Assembly: GCA_950097015.1 (NCBI GenBank)
Contig: CATNEN010000031.1
Span: forward strand, 1,798,001 to 1,862,000
Source: Macrostomum hystrix
Taxonomy: Eukaryota > Animalia > Platyhelminthes
Direction of reading: 5' to 3'
DNA: 64,000 nt
The notes below the pieces were generated by a model. The model did not search any database and was not told the origin of the DNA. It was given only the letters and a program-made list of their open reading frames with translations. Both the position numbers and the translations under genes were made by a program. Shown piece after piece: positions 1 through 30,950 of this stretch (position 1 is the first letter of the stretch; the number at the start of each line of letters is the position of its first letter).

Positions 1-262
1 GGGCGGTGACTGGCGAGGTCCAAGATTTCAGTGCTACCTGCATTATCAACCCCCACAAACCCCACCCCACTCCTGAGCCACCAACCCTCACCAACACCAC
101 CCCACTCCTCCTGCACACCACCCCGCTCCTGTGCACAAACCCCCACAAACCACACCCCCACTCCTGAGCACCAATTCCACAAATACCATCCTCTCTTAAG
201 TAGTGCTACTGTAAGTAGTAATAACAGCTTTCTGTTTCATAACAAATTCAAAGAATCCTCAC

Positions 263-713
263 CGCACTGTATCTGGTCCTCGACTCCGTCGTCGAAGTTG
301 TAATCCTCAACCTCGCGATACCAATAGTCCGTGAATAGGCTGCCTGTGGAATTAACGGTGCTTTGTATAGAAACTAATAGTCAGACGATGCTATTACTTT
401 AGTAATAACATTAGGTATATACTTTAGGTATATTTTAGTTGCTAACCAGGAAAGTCAGTGTGCACTGAGCTGTACTTCATGGCCACATTCTCGCCCAACT
501 TGTCCGTCTGGCACTGCGGATCGTGCTCAAGCTTGTCATTGGCGGCAATGTGCTCAGCCCACTTCTGAGCGGACTCAGTTAGGCCATGGTTTAGTCTCAG
601 CGGAGGCACCTGATGCCTCTGACGGTAGGTGTTGTGTGAGTCCAAGATCTCTTTCAGGAACTGCTCCATTAGTCCGGGAGTTGGTCTGTGTGGAATGCGG
701 TTTTTTATTCTTG
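263..713 (-). CDS. CAP/SCP (GAPR-1/GLIPR2-like) protein, partial; exons ~447-713 and 263-343, gene probably continues off the left edge
   Basis: Translation 'ILDSHNTYRQRHQVPPLRLNHGLTESAQKWAEHIA...LEHDPQ...GENVA' carries the CAP HN..R and GEN motifs. It splices in phase 1 (G|gttagc ... cacag|GC) to 'SLFTDYWYREVEDYNFDDG', matching the GAPR-1 WY.E...YNF segment. The 5' end is uncertain. Confidence 0.8.
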
Positions 714-773
714 CTACGTTCATCATAAAAGACAAGATAGCCGTATAACTAAAAACTCAAGTCCGGGGACTAT

Positions 774-1150
774 ATCAATATACAGCTCCGAGATCAATAG
801 ACACAGCTCCTAAATCTATAGACACAGGTCCGAGATCAATAGACACAGCTCCGAGATCAATAGACACAGCTCCTAAATCTATTGACACAGCTCCTAAATC
901 GATAGACACAGGTCCGAGATCAATAGACACATCTCCGAGATCAATAGACACATCTCCGAGATCAATAGACACAGGTCCGAGATCAATAGACACAGCACCG
1001 AGATCATTAGACACAGCTTCTAAATCTATAGACACAGCTCCGAAATGAATAGACACAGCTCCTAAATCAATAGACACAGCTGCTAAATCTATAGACACAT
1101 CTCTGAGATCAATAGACACAGCTACGAGATCAGTAGACACAGCTCCGAAA
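774..1150. repeat. 21-bp minisatellite (GATCAATAGACACAGCTCCGA), ~18 copies, decaying rightwards
   Basis: Direct reading; it explains the spurious ORF 775..1140. Confidence 0.95.
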
Positions 1151-1916
1151 TCTATTGGGATACAGGTATAAAATATCTAGAGACCCAGGCTCGAAATCTA
1201 CAGACTCAGTTTAGAAATCTCTTGAGATACATTTCCAAAATCTATCATTTCTAGTCTGAAATCTATAGATATTGGTGCGCAATCTATTGATAAACGTCAG
1301 AAAGCTGAGAGTATATATGCGCAGTTCCAAATTCTATAGACAAATAGGTCCGAAAATTTTTAACAAAATGCCAAAACTGAATATCTTAAGAATCCTGTCC
1401 GTAAATCTAAAGAATGATCAACTTTTCACTTCAATTGAAAAATCTGACTTAATGAATGAGACTTACAGAGAGCCAAAAAATGAGACCTTCTCAAATAAGT
1501 CAGACAGTCGAGACCACAAGTTGGAAAAGATTGAGGTGAGCTATCAGATCTTTATAGAGTATTTGCTAGAGCTGTTTTAGTGTCATTAGAGCACACTGCT
1601 GCCCAGGGGGCCTATATAAGCAGATAATTTTATGTCCCAATGTACATATCCCGCCTGTTTATATTGATCCATTTGCTGCAGTACTCAATACTCTCTGTCC
1701 CTCTATCTTCTCTCTTTCTCTCGCTAAGAGTACTATCAGTGGACACAACGTGTGAACGCCCCACCCTGACGAGTACGCTCAGGATTAACTTCACTACTTC
1801 CTCATCTGAAATGCTCAATCCTTTGCTATACTCCCCGTTCTTTTCTACACAGTGCTGTAACATTTCCATCCTTCGTAGCTATGATTTAGCTCGTATATTA
1901 TTTTCTTGATCCAGTA

Positions 1917-2843
1917 AGTCATGAATCTAGGAGGTCATGAATCTAGGAGGTGATGAATCTAGGAGGTCATGAATCTAGGAGGTCATGAATCTAGGAGGTC
2001 GTGAGTCTAGGAGGTCATGAATCTAGGAGGTGATGACTCTAGGAGGTGATGAATCTAGGAGGTCATGAATCTAGGAGGTCATGAATCTAGGAGGTCGTGA
2101 GTCTAGGAGGTGATGAATCTAGGAGGTCATGAATCTAGGAGGTCATGAATCTAGGAGGTGATAAATCTAGGAGGTCATGAATCTAGGAGGTCGTGAGTCT
2201 AGGAGGTCATGAATCTAGGAGGTCATGAATCTAGGAGGTCATGAATCTAGGAGATCATGACTCTAGGAGGTCATGAATCTAGGAGGTCATGAATCTAGGA
2301 GGTCATGAATCTAGGAGGTCATGAATTTAGGAGGTCATGAATCTAGGAGGTCGTGAGTCTAGGAGGTCATGAATTTAGGAGGTCATGAATCTAGGAGGTC
2401 ATGAATCTAGGAGGTCATGAATCTAGGAGGTCATGAATCTAGGAGGTGATGACTCTAGGAGGTCATGAATTTAGGAGGTGATGACTCTAGGAGGTGATGA
2501 ATCTAGGAGGTCGTGAATCTAGGAGGTCGTGAATCTAGGAGGTCGTGAATCTAGGAGGTCGTGAATCTAGGAGGTCGTGAATCTAGGAGGTCGTGAATCT
2601 AGGAGGTCGTGAATCTAGGAGGTCGTGAATCTAGGAGGTCGTGAATCTAGGAGGTCATGAATCTAGGAGGTCGTGAATCGAGGAGGTCTTGAATCTAGGA
2701 GGTCATGAATCTAGGAGGTCGTGAATCTAGGAGGTCGTGAGTCTAGGAGGTCATGACTCTTGGAGGTCATGAATTTAGGAGGTCGTGAATCTAGGAGGTG
2801 ATGAATCTAGGAGGTCGTGAATCTAGGAGGTCGTGAATCTAGG
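1917..2843. repeat. 16-bp minisatellite (ATGAATCTAGGAGGTC), ~58 copies
   Basis: Period 16 (1921, 1937...). Variants gtg/atg segregate in blocks. Confidence 0.97.
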
Positions 2844-3914
2844 ATTGTAAGTTAGAATTTTACAGCATTCTCTGCATTTTTGTATCTTCATGGGTGGTCG
2901 AATAGAAAATTGCAAAGCAGATCACACACAGCATTTTTCTGCGTATAGGCAGGAGGACAGAGTGAAAGCGCAGAGTTGCTTTTCGTCAAACAATTTATTT
3001 TAACTAGCTTTCATTTGCTGAATCGAAGTACTTTAGTCACACCTTGTGTCAATTTAGCAAAGGAAGACACGGTACACGAGTGTGTCCTCTCTCTATACAT
3101 GCATCTACACTCCTCTACTTGTGTGGTCAGCAAAATAATTTTTCTTAGTTAAATGCTTTTAACACTGCTCTACAAACTCTACTAGGGAGGGGGTACATAA
3201 CCAGCCAAATTTCTACCCTTGTAGCTAATTTTGCAGCACCTAATTTTACTGCTGAGTAAACTGAAACAGCGAGGAGTTAAAGTGTCTCACTCAAGAACTC
3301 AAATTGCTTTGCTCTCTTACAAATATTACAAAAATCAATAGCAGATTCAACAATATACAAACATTATACTCGTAGATTTACCTTGCGGATACAAGCCTTC
3401 GAATTTTGATTGGCCCAGAGAAGAAGCCTGACTCGTAATTTCTATTTTTAGAAACGCTCTTGGGGATCCCCTTTTAAAACAGATCAAGCTTAAGTATGTA
3501 AAAAAACTAGTAGATTCAATTTGGCAAAATCAGCTTTTTTAATTTCTTTGCGCATGATCTTTCGTCACTGGTTACAGTTTTTCTCAGGCAATCGAGAAAT
3601 AATTGCATACAATTTTGTTTCAACATCATGTACCGCGACCTGCTTGATCTTAGTCTAATATTGATGAATTAGTGCATTAGCAGGAAATAAAACATTTTAG
3701 AAAAAAATTACTATGCCATCATTGTTTCTCTATAAGTCCAAGCAATTGTTGATGAACGCAATAAATTTAACAGCTGTATTTTCGAGACAGACTACTTTTA
3801 GTAATACTTCAGAATATAATCAGAAATTTTACGTTATCAAGTAGTAGAATGATAACATTGAAAAATATTGAGTCTTATATTTACAGAAAAAAAGTAAATA
3901 GAGAAAAATAGATA

Positions 3915-4075
3915 TGACACCGGCCCACTCGGGCCGAACGTGCAGCAATGGCACAGCCTTTTAAAGGTTGTGTACAACTAACTGTTCAGTCCGTGGACTG
4001 GGGCGGCCGCCAAAACCACACAAATTTCTATCCCAACTTGTTTTCCTTGGGCTGATATTCGAACTCTCGGTTAAA
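3915..4075 (-). mobile_element. SINE family 2, partial copy
   Basis: The reverse complement shares 'caagttgg...gtgtgg...ccccagtccacggactgaacag' with 41480-41545 and has a GTTCGAAT B-box-like motif. Confidence 0.55.
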
Positions 4076-4186
4076 AGTCTGAAGCTCTAAAAAGTGTGGC
4101 AGAAGCTTTGTGTGTCTAGTGCTAGTCCAGAAATATAACACAGGAAGATACAGGAAGATACAGGAACACGAACATCCGCACAAGCG

Positions 4187-7100
4187 TCAGTCGTACATAT
4201 TGTATCTACTATTAACGGTGTTTTCAAAGTCTTCGAATGTAGCAGAAAGTGTTTCAAACGTTGGCCGCTCCTCTGGCCGCTGGCGCCAGCAGGGCAGCAT
4301 GATCTCCTCGTAGAGGTACTTGGCCTGCTTGCTGCGCTGGTCTTCCCTATCGAAACGGCCTTCCAAGGGATTCTCCAGCCGCTTGCCAGCGTTGACCAGC
4401 TCCGTCACTTGTTGGTTGTTTTTATCTGGGAGGATGGGGGCGCAACGACGGTCATCGACTATCAGTTTAATTAAGAGCCCATAGTCCACTGCTGTAAGAC
4501 TTTCGTCTATGGCCTGATTTTGATGCGAACTATACCAGCCTCGTTGGCGACAGAGTTCGATTCGACACTCACAAAACAGGTAGAGCTAGGATCGCTTTTA
4601 GCAGTAGAACAACAAAGGGGGGCACCTTTGTAGTTGTTTCCCCGCAACTGACAATTTTTTGTGCTGCACCCGAACGGAGCAACGCATGCACACGAAACTC
4701 AAGAACACGGCCAACTTTTTGTTGCGCATCTTCTGAAACCATAATCAAGTCACCAGCTCTTCCGACCGCCGAGATATTCAATGGTTTTGGCTGAAGGTCG
4801 GATTTTACCCACAAGCGCTAGTGTATTTCATACACCCCTATACACGAATTAACACTGCGTCTCAGTGCGGCCTTACCTGGCCTTCAAAATTTATCCGCAT
4901 GTCACCCGAATGTGCCTGCATCATCTCTGCCTTCGGTAGTCACCTACCTTTATCTACACAGACTACTGGACCTTCAAGGGCTACAACAGGCGGAAATAGG
5001 TCACGATGGACACCCTGATGCAAATTTCTCCTATTTCACTGATCAAGACTAAATATATTATGCGTAGCTCAACCACAGTACACCATCGCCTAGTCTGTCA
5101 ACCAATCAGTCACCACCCAACGCTGTTTGCATTCAGGCGTTGCCAAAAAAATTTCAGGGGGGATTTCCCCTTGTGTGTCGTCTGTCTTCCACTGGGATGT
5201 TGAAAGGTTTTATTTCAATTTTTTAGTCCGTGGGCTGAACAGCTGTACCCAGCGAGAGCTCACCATAATAGGGCTTCCTTCCGCCGCTCAGAATCTCGTA
5301 GACGCAGACGCCGAAGCTCCAAACGTCGCTCTTGACGCTGAACTCGTGCCGGTTGATGCCCTCCGGCGCTGTCCAGCGGATCGGGAAGCGGCAGTCCTTG
5401 CCGCCGTTGTACACGCCGGCCTGAACCGTGTACTGGCTGTCGGACTTTTCAATCACTCTGGCCAGACCGAAGTCGGCAATCTGTAGACGGAATTTGTTGT
5501 AATAAGTACAACAATAAACCTCAAATGACTCGTGGATGTAAACTCTATAAATGCGGATCACCTTACTACGCTCGTAGTTATTACTTGGGGGTTGGAGTGG
5601 CGGAGCGGTCCTGCCTGACAATAAAATAGTCAGGGAAAATGTACACACCTGTGTGAGTGTGTGCCTGCGTACGGTATCTGTGCGCGTGTGTGCTCAGGAG
5701 TCAGCGGAATGGGCCAAATTGCCTCTCGTTCGCTGCGGGTCTAGTGTCATCTAAATAATGTAGCCGTACCCGCAGCCCTCCTGCAAATATTAATCTTTGC
5801 CGCTCACCTTGAGTTCATCCTTATCCGTGAGAAGTATGTTGGCCGCACGCAGGTCCCGGTGCACTACCTGTTCCCGCTCCAGGTAGGCCATGCCGTTGCT
5901 AACCTGCCGGATGTAATCAACCTGCTGGCGGAACTCCACCCTCTGGCCAGTCAGCTGGGAGTGAAGAGAGCCCTTCTCGGCGAACTCCATGATCAGCCAG
6001 AACTCCCCGGTGGCTGTTCGTGTATAGCCAATCAGTTGGATGACGTTGCGATGGCTCAGCAGGTACTGGGTCCGAGCCTCTTCAATCAGGCTGCCCTCGG
6101 TGCTGATGGTCGATTCCATCTTGAGCTGCTTCACCGCCACGTCAACTTTGTCTAGCAGTTTGCCGCGGTGCACTGACGGGGTAGATTTTGAGAATTGCAG
6201 AACAGTGACACCGGCATACGGATTACTGACTAATGTGCTCACTTACCAACACCAAAGCTTCCGCTGCCAAGCTTTGCCAGACACTTGATCTTCTGCTCGT
6301 CTATGAGCAGCTCGCGGAAAGGCACCACAGGTCGAGTGTTTGTATCCACTGGTGTGCTCAGCTTGCAGACTAGAGCGGACTCTGGGGTGGAGGGTTGGGA
6401 GAGAGTACCAGAGTAACAGAAAGTGGGTGAGCAGCAGAGTAGTCAACGCTCGCACCAAGGCCCTGAGCTCGATTCCACGGCAAGGCCACATTCATTTTGG
6501 GCGGATAGAATGGGGGGGCTTTTTATGCAATTTACGCCATTGAGGGCCAACCATCAATGCACAGTCAGTGTACACTGCCTGACAATGCAAAGTTCAGGGC
6601 AAATGTACATCCCCTGTGTGAGTGTTTGACTGCGTACGGTATCTGTGTACCTACGTTTTCAGGAGTCAGCGGAACGGTCAGAAATGCAGAAAGTCCTTCA
6701 GAAATTGTATAAAGGACTCGATAATGACTTAAAAATCGTCTCGTTACTATCTATCCTCAACAGGGACCCCACTTACCTGCTTTGTAGAACTCTATCAGCG
6801 ACGAAACGGTTGGGAATTTATTAGAATTGCTTATAAAGACCAAGCCACCGCTCGGATCTCGCTTGATCTTGTAGTGATAGATCTTAAACACGTCCAGGTG
6901 CTTGTACTTAATGCTCAGTACCAGAGACTCAGTATTGTTTGAGCAGGGCCTCAAGATGTATGATCCAACTTGGTGGGCCGCCCGCACGAGCTCCTTTTCG
7001 GCGTCTGGCCGGCCAAAGCTGTAGTAGCCCGGTAGCAGCTTGGGATCGTCAGGGGGCAGGTCCGCCAAGAAGTTGCCGGGCACGAAACCGCTCCGTCCGT

Positions 7101-7551
7101 TCACGCCAGCCAGCTGGCCCCGCAGCCAGCGGCTATTTACGGCCTCGGCATTGGTTGAATACATCACCAGGATGACATCACCGCGCTTGAATCCGAGATC
7201 GTCCTCGGACTGGCCGTCGAAGTCGTACAGAGCTCGGTACATTCGCTGCTGCATGACCGGAGGTGGCGGCGGCTGGGACGGTGAAGTCGGCGGACTGCCA
7301 GCCTGCTGCGGCGCTGGCGGAAGCGGAGGTGACGACCTGGGCCTCCTCTGCGGCTCGCTCGGCGCTTCACTAGTAGACTGGCCGTTTGTTCTCGAGTCCA
7401 CCGAGTTATCTAATGTCGGCGGAGGCGTGGAGTTCGCCTGTAGTTTCTGGTCTTTGTTCTCATCTTTCTTCTTTTGATTCTTCTTAGATTTGGCTTTGTC
7501 TGAGTTGTGAGTACCATTGGCACGGCTGGGCTTGCTTGGCTTGGCGCCCAT
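4187..7551 (-). CDS. Src-related non-receptor tyrosine kinase (myristoylation signal-SH3-SH2-kinase), ~576 aa; exons 6777-7551, 6247-6381, 5808-6172, 5264-5480, 4187-4425
   Basis: MGAKPSK (MGxxxS); SH3 ALYDF...WLRG...GFVPGNF; SH2 GSYILRPC; kinase [38 protein letters not shown]; tail Tyr (SRYNMYD*). All introns are GT-AG with matching phases, and the joined length of 1731 nt is a multiple of 3. Confidence 0.93.
5588..5795 (+). mobile_element. SINE family 1 copy a (internally deleted), in a Src intron
   Basis: A-box remnant GTGGCGGAGCGG is fused directly to the hairpin and 3' body 'tgtacacacctgtgtgagtgtgtgcctgcgtacggtatctg...ctcaggagtcagcgg'. Confidence 0.8.
6421..6645 (+). mobile_element. SINE family 1 copy b, in a Src intron
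   Basis: Contains 'ctcgcaccaaggccctgagctcgattcc...gtgtacactgcctgac...cagggcaaatgtaca...caggagtcagcgg'. Confidence 0.8.
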
Positions 7552-9399
7552 GGGAATGTCAGAAAGCTAGCTAGCTAAAGCAGTTTCAGATTCTGCTCAG
7601 GTTTTTCTTCTTCCCTTTATGCTATTCTCTTTGGCTCTAGGCTAGCTTTTATAGCTCTTGCAAACTTTCTGCAGGGTGAGAATGAGAAAATTGCGCACAG
7701 ACGTGGCCACCATAGTGCTGAGAACAAAGGGTTGAAGGGCCCCTATAAGAGGCCATCGCTCAGTCCCTTGTTATCGCGAGTTTAAAAATAGAATCAAGCC
7801 AGAACCAGAATTATACGAGTACATTCGTACATTCGTACATTCGCCATCTATAAATCCAAGTTGAGCAGGTATAGAAGGGTGCGTAAGTTTTCTTCGCCTA
7901 TTAAAATCCTTGATACTGACTAAAGAAGAACTCTAAGGTTTGGACAGGGCCTGAGAGAGTAAACACTCTAATTTCACTGTGCTGCTCTACAGTATAGTTT
8001 GAGTCCCTATCGGCTTTGAGCATCATTAGTTTTTAACACGCGTGGCACAATTTTTTAAGTATACGAATATATCCGCTCATATATATATATATACCTTTCT
8101 TTACCTTTCTAGCCCCTAAATAATATCGGGGCTAGGACTCACTCGTTTAATTTTCCGTAGAAAAACTGCTACCATAGAGATAATATACTTGTACTCGTAG
8201 CATTCTCTATTTCAGTGGTTTTGCCTTCTGAAATAAAACCTTCTTTGAAGTTCAGCTTTTAGCCCACAACAGTAGAAATACAGTTTACACATTTTATTTT
8301 AGGTAATTTTTTATTTATTTTAGTATGACATCACCAGTTTAACTACCCTCTTGTCTTTCAGGACATCATCGGCTTATTTAAAGACCTATAGAGTGTCCCC
8401 ATTTTCCCCGGTCTTAAAAAATTATTTGTAACTCATGCATTTCAGTGAATAAATAAATTTTCGGTAGCCTTCAGTTGATATTTTTGCATTGGAATGGCAC
8501 AGTAGCCAATAACATTTACTATAGAAAAGTGCAGAGAATTAGTTTTTCCAAAAAGTCAGAAGTTTTAGGACAACTCTCACAGGACGATGTCGAGCACATA
8601 GGAAATCTGACAACAACGGCACGGATATTTACAAGAGAATCGGTTAGAAAATAGAAAAAAGAAAAGACAGATTGTTGATTGTGTCTAAATGCTCCAACAC
8701 ATTCTCGGGGCCGATAAATATGACAGTTGAGAAAATATTGCAAGCAGTATTAATAGAGACAACAGCAGAAAACACAGCAGAGACTGGTATACATTAGAGA
8801 GTCAATTGTGAACAACACTTTACGCTCGTATACTCAGATATGCTATACTAATTTCTACAGCGTCTCCTACTGCAAGTAGCATGATATGGAAATTTAATAG
8901 CGATATCTAAAATCAGATCAGAGAAAATCAGAAAAACTTGTTACAAAGTGCGCTGCAAAACGTAAAAAATCATTAAATATTGATGATTGAACTGATTGTG
9001 ACAGAGATGGCTTTCAGCTTTTACCCAACGTTAAACCAGGGCATATGGAATGCGACATTGTCCGCACGAGCGATTAGCGCTTTAGCGATGCGAACGCGAA
9101 CTCGTAATTAGCGATGCGAACGCTTTGATTGTTTTGTAAAGATAAATTGACAAATGACCTAGAGCTATAATGCGTTTAGACTGGCGAACAACAATACTAG
9201 CGGCACTAGAATTTTTTTAAGAAAAAAATAGAAAGAAAATCACTGTTTTAGAGAAGCAATTCATTTTTTCAGCCATCTCATCAGAGTCTTCTTTCCAATT
9301 GAATTTAAAACATCAAATCCCACTTTGCATTAGACTTTCGTTCATCAAGTTTCAGTCATAGACTTTAACTTTGGGTCATTAATTTTGAGTCATGAGCTG

Positions 9400-27280
<17,881 letters not shown>

Positions 27281-28314
27281 GCTTCACTTTGCCGTGAATG
27301 CTTGCCAGTTCTGGTATAAGGATTTTACTTCGATCTCAAAGCAACTAGCAGCTGTTTAGTTATCCTCATTGTCCAGGTGAGTTATATAGAACTGCAAGCT
27401 ATTGTGCGTGTGTGTGTTTGAGAAGGCCGGCTCAGAAAATGAGGGTCGAATAAGGTAAAAAGAGACAGATTAGCGCGGGGGAGAGAGTGGAAGAGAGAGG
27501 GAAATTTGCTGGCTAAAAAATTCCTGGCGAGAGTCAGCGCAGCGGTTGAGGCGAGACAAGGGTGGGGTAACAGGTGGCTCTACCTCGCTGGTTTGTTGCG
27601 CGTGAGCTGCTGCGGAGGCACGACGGATACGGGGAGGAGGCTCGGAGATGAGGCGGGTGCCGGCTGGCAAACAGAGGCGGGAGGGTGACAGACAGTGAGC
27701 TTTGGCTGGGAATGCGATTGGGAACAATTCAAGCAGTGAGAGTGGCCCGTAGAGGATGCTGGCCTCTCACCTGTAGCCGTTCAGTCTCTCTCTGCTCCTC
27801 TATAGGACGCAGATCGCGGTTGAAATAGTGACTGGGGGTGGGTGGGGCAACAACAGTGAGAGGTTGGAGTGGGGATAGAGTTACCGCTTGTCCCTAGTTC
27901 CCATGCGCTCCTATGCAACTGTATTGGTTTGGCACAGGTCGGGCGTAGCTACTATGCAGCTGGCCTCCCAATAGTCCCTGCTATAGTCCCCCTTGTTCGT
28001 CTGTCTCGCGTGTCTCTTACTTCGCCATTCAGCTCCTGTGCAAACCTGCTGACCAATCAGAGAGCGGGAAAACGTTGAGGGGGGTTAGAGATAGAGTGAA
28101 TGGAAGAGAAGGGGAGACAAGGAGAACTCGAGTTGGGGAGCTCTCACATGGACTGCGATGGTTATTTGCTAGTGAACAATCGGCGCATCGCCACTGCCGA
28201 GTTGGCTGCCCTGCCCTATCTTTATGTTTCTACTGTAAGTAGTGTTTATCTACTACTTACAAAGTAGCAGATTTTTGCAATACTCATAAATTAGAAATAA
28301 ACACTGAGAAGACA

Positions 28315-29400
28315 AAGCTTCTGAGCTGCAATCTCCACTCAAAGGCCATAGAACTAGGTAAAAAAAGTGGATATCCAATAATGCTTCTGAGAAAGTTGGC
28401 GGGATTTCAGAGAGTAAAACACAAATAGCTCATCCTGTTTAGCACAACTATGATTGAAAGCATAGTTCTCTATGCATCAGAGGCCTGGGGAGCCTTTGTC
28501 TCCTGGCAACTGGGTACTTGGGATCGGAACCTTATAGAGAGAATTAATTCTAGAATCTGCAAGTCGATTCTGCAAGTTAGTCCAAACACTGACAGCAATG
28601 GTGCTCGGTCCGAATTAGGAAGACTACCACTATTATATAGTATTCAAAAAAGAAGCCTTCAATACTGGTCCTCAGTTCGGAGCCGACCAGACTCCATCAT
28701 CGCGAAATTGGTGGCAGATACAGAATACAGCGATGTTGGCATTGGGGAAAAAATGAATAGTGAAGTAATGCGGAATTGTCAACAAACTAGAAAAACAAAG
28801 TCCATCAAAACGCACAGAGAGAACTTTGAGTCAGAGTTTCGAAGGCACTGGACTCAGAGGATGGGAAAGTCAGCCAAGCTCAGCCACTTCTATTACACGT
28901 TTAAGAAAGATTTCTCCCGAGAAAAGTACCTAACAATAATCTCTAACCCAGAACAAAGGCGCACAATGTCCCGATTTCGTCTAGGAAACCACAAACTGGC
29001 CTGTGAGACATTGCGCACTGTAAGACCGAAAATCGCCTATGAAAACAGAACATGCCCAAAATGTAGAGTCGAGGTAGAGAACGAAACTCATATTCTCTTT
29101 AGATGCGATTGGTCCGTTTATGTTCCAATTAGAAATAAATTCATAGAGAAAGTGGCAGGTACTGTTCGAAATTTCGAAAGCCCAACAGCTGATGACAAAA
29201 TTGTGTATTTAATGACACAGGAAAGCACAGAATTAACAGAAAGTTTTGTGGACTTCATAGAAAGCATAATTAAAGCTAGATAAAAAGCCACTGCCCTGAG
29301 GCCCATAGTTAGAATGCAAAAACACAATAGCTATTCTCCTTTCAGTCAGTTTTAATTTTCCCTGTAAATTTAAATATTTCATTTCTTGTTTTAATGCCTT
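28315..29400 (+). mobile_element. 5'-truncated non-LTR retrotransposon (LINE): C-terminal part of the RT ORF plus 3' UTR, inactivated
   Basis: 'IESIVLYASEAWG', 'GARSELGRLPL', 'MSRFRLGNHKLACE' and Zn-knuckle 'CPKC...ENETHILFRC' are typical post-RT segments of L2/CR1/RTE-X-type ORF2. There is an in-frame TAG just upstream of the ORF-track Met. Confidence 0.82.
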
Positions 29401-29557
29401 TGTTTATTTCAAAAATTGTTTTTTTTTCAAATATTCTATTAACCTAAAATTGCGCATGCTACTGTTTTCCTATCGCCTTCTCTTTAAAAAAATCGATTTG
29501 TTTAACCTCAAACATAAAATAAACAAAAAATCAGCACCCAATCGGCGTGCGCACCTC

Positions 29558-29589
<32 letters not shown>
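29558..29589. repeat. (AAT)n microsatellite
   Basis: Direct reading. Confidence 0.9.
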
Positions 29590-29590
<1 letters not shown>

Positions 29591-29619
29591 TTACAGAAAC
29601 CAAGAGGGCCTCGCGATCC

Positions 29620-30950
29620 TCCAGCAGCTGCGAAGGGCCGTCGGTACCTCCAGGGGGTGAAGCGCAAGCTTCTGGCTCACGCCGACCTGTGCCTTAGAGA
29701 TTTGAGAGACTGCAACAGACTCTACGTCTTATCTGACGGCGAACCACGCACGCCAAACATAATGGCAGGCTTTCCACAGTCTTCCAGGATGAAATTTTGG
29801 CCATCAGCTCCTCTGCCACAGAACTAAATGCCAGGGACACGAGAGGAGAGACTGTTGTCATTCACTCTGACAGCCAAACGGCCTTACAAGCCCTTTGCCG
29901 CACCACCACGTGCTCCCGGACAGTCGCTGACTGTGCCCAACTCAACCTCCTTGCTCGTAGCAATACGGTCAGGCTGCACTGGATCCCAGGGAATGAGCAA
30001 GCAGACACCCTCGCCAAACTGGGCGGCTCTGGCTCCGTCCTGGGCCTTGCACCCCTGGTCCCGATCCGCACCACGGTCATCAACCGCCATATTGATGACT
30101 GGGCTGAGCCCCTCTACAGGGACAGGTGGGCACCCAAAATTGTTGGCAGTTCCGCGCCCGTCTCGCAGGCTTAGGAACATTCTTCTGAACGAAAACCAGA
30201 AAGATATCCGCGCCCTCGCCATGACCCTCTCGCCAGGCACTGCTTCCTCCGGAGCGACCTTGAGAGCACCTTTTGCGAATGCGACAACGAAGATGCTGAG
30301 CACTTTGTGTGTCACTACCCTTAAAATAACAAGAATAATTGCTGGAGGGCTGCAGGCAATGGCACTAGCAATGGTGCATCAATTGCTGACACTAGACATA
30401 CAGCCAGCGAGGGGCCATTCTGCCCATTTCGCTGACTCCTGAGCACACACGCACACAGATACTGTACGCAGGCACACTTGCACACAGGTGTGTACATCTG
30501 CCCTGACTTTCTCATCGTCAGGCAGTGTACACTCTCACTGTGCCTTGGAGGTTGGCCCTCAAGGGCGTAAATTGCACGACAAGCCCCCTGCGCTCTAAAT
30601 AAATGTGGCCTCGCCGCGGAATCGAGCTCAGGGGCCTTGGTGCGAGAGGCAGACGCGTGAACCGCTCTGCCACTGACCCCCCGTCAATGCAGTTTCTTTA
30701 ACAGAGGCCAGATCTACGCTACCTTGGGCCCAACCCGTCTGTAGACGAGTTTTGCCAGCCCGACAGCAATCCACGGCTCGTCTGGGCGACAAGACGAGCC
30801 AAAGTCCTTCCCTACGGAACACAAAGCTGCTCTACCGGTGAGGAACACCCTGACCGGCCCCGCGCCATCGCCTGTTTGCGGGCCCACAGGGGTTGGCGGT
30901 ATGGGCGACTCTCGCCCCCCGCTGTGTCCATGGACTACCCTGCAGCTAAG
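29620..30950 (+). mobile_element. Decayed RNase H-encoding LINE (I/R1/Jockey-like) fragment, interrupted by SINE copy e
   Basis: Frameshifted RNase H motifs 'STVFQDEILAI', 'VIHSDSQTALQAL', 'LHWIPG..NEQADTLAKLG'; C-terminal 'EHFVCHYP', which appears to resume as 'RYLG' after the SINE. Confidence 0.72.
30328..30682 (-). mobile_element. SINE family 1 copy e (most complete)
   Basis: Head GGGGTCAGTGGCAGAGCGGTTCACGCGTCTGCCTCTCGCACCAAGGCCCCTGAGCTCGATTCC (A and B boxes), central hairpin, GT-rich body and tail. Confidence 0.87.

Noticed and set aside
1-40. Next CAP exon at the window start
   Set aside because: A possible acceptor exists (atgcag|GT), but the translation lacks the expected HFTQ(V/L)VW motif, so it is not supported.
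775-1140. ORFs from other minisatellites (775-1140, 12891-13537, 22740-23147, 37658-38681)
   Set aside because: Translations of tandem repeats with no domain signal.
1630-1909. Short ORFs on both strands between the two minisatellites
   Set aside because: No recognisable domain or consistent splice partners; left unannotated.
30615-30682. SINE heads (also 41385-41455 and 26752-26785) as real tRNA genes
   Set aside because: Acceptor and anticodon stems do not pair properly, B-boxes are degenerate, and each continues into a shared repeat body.
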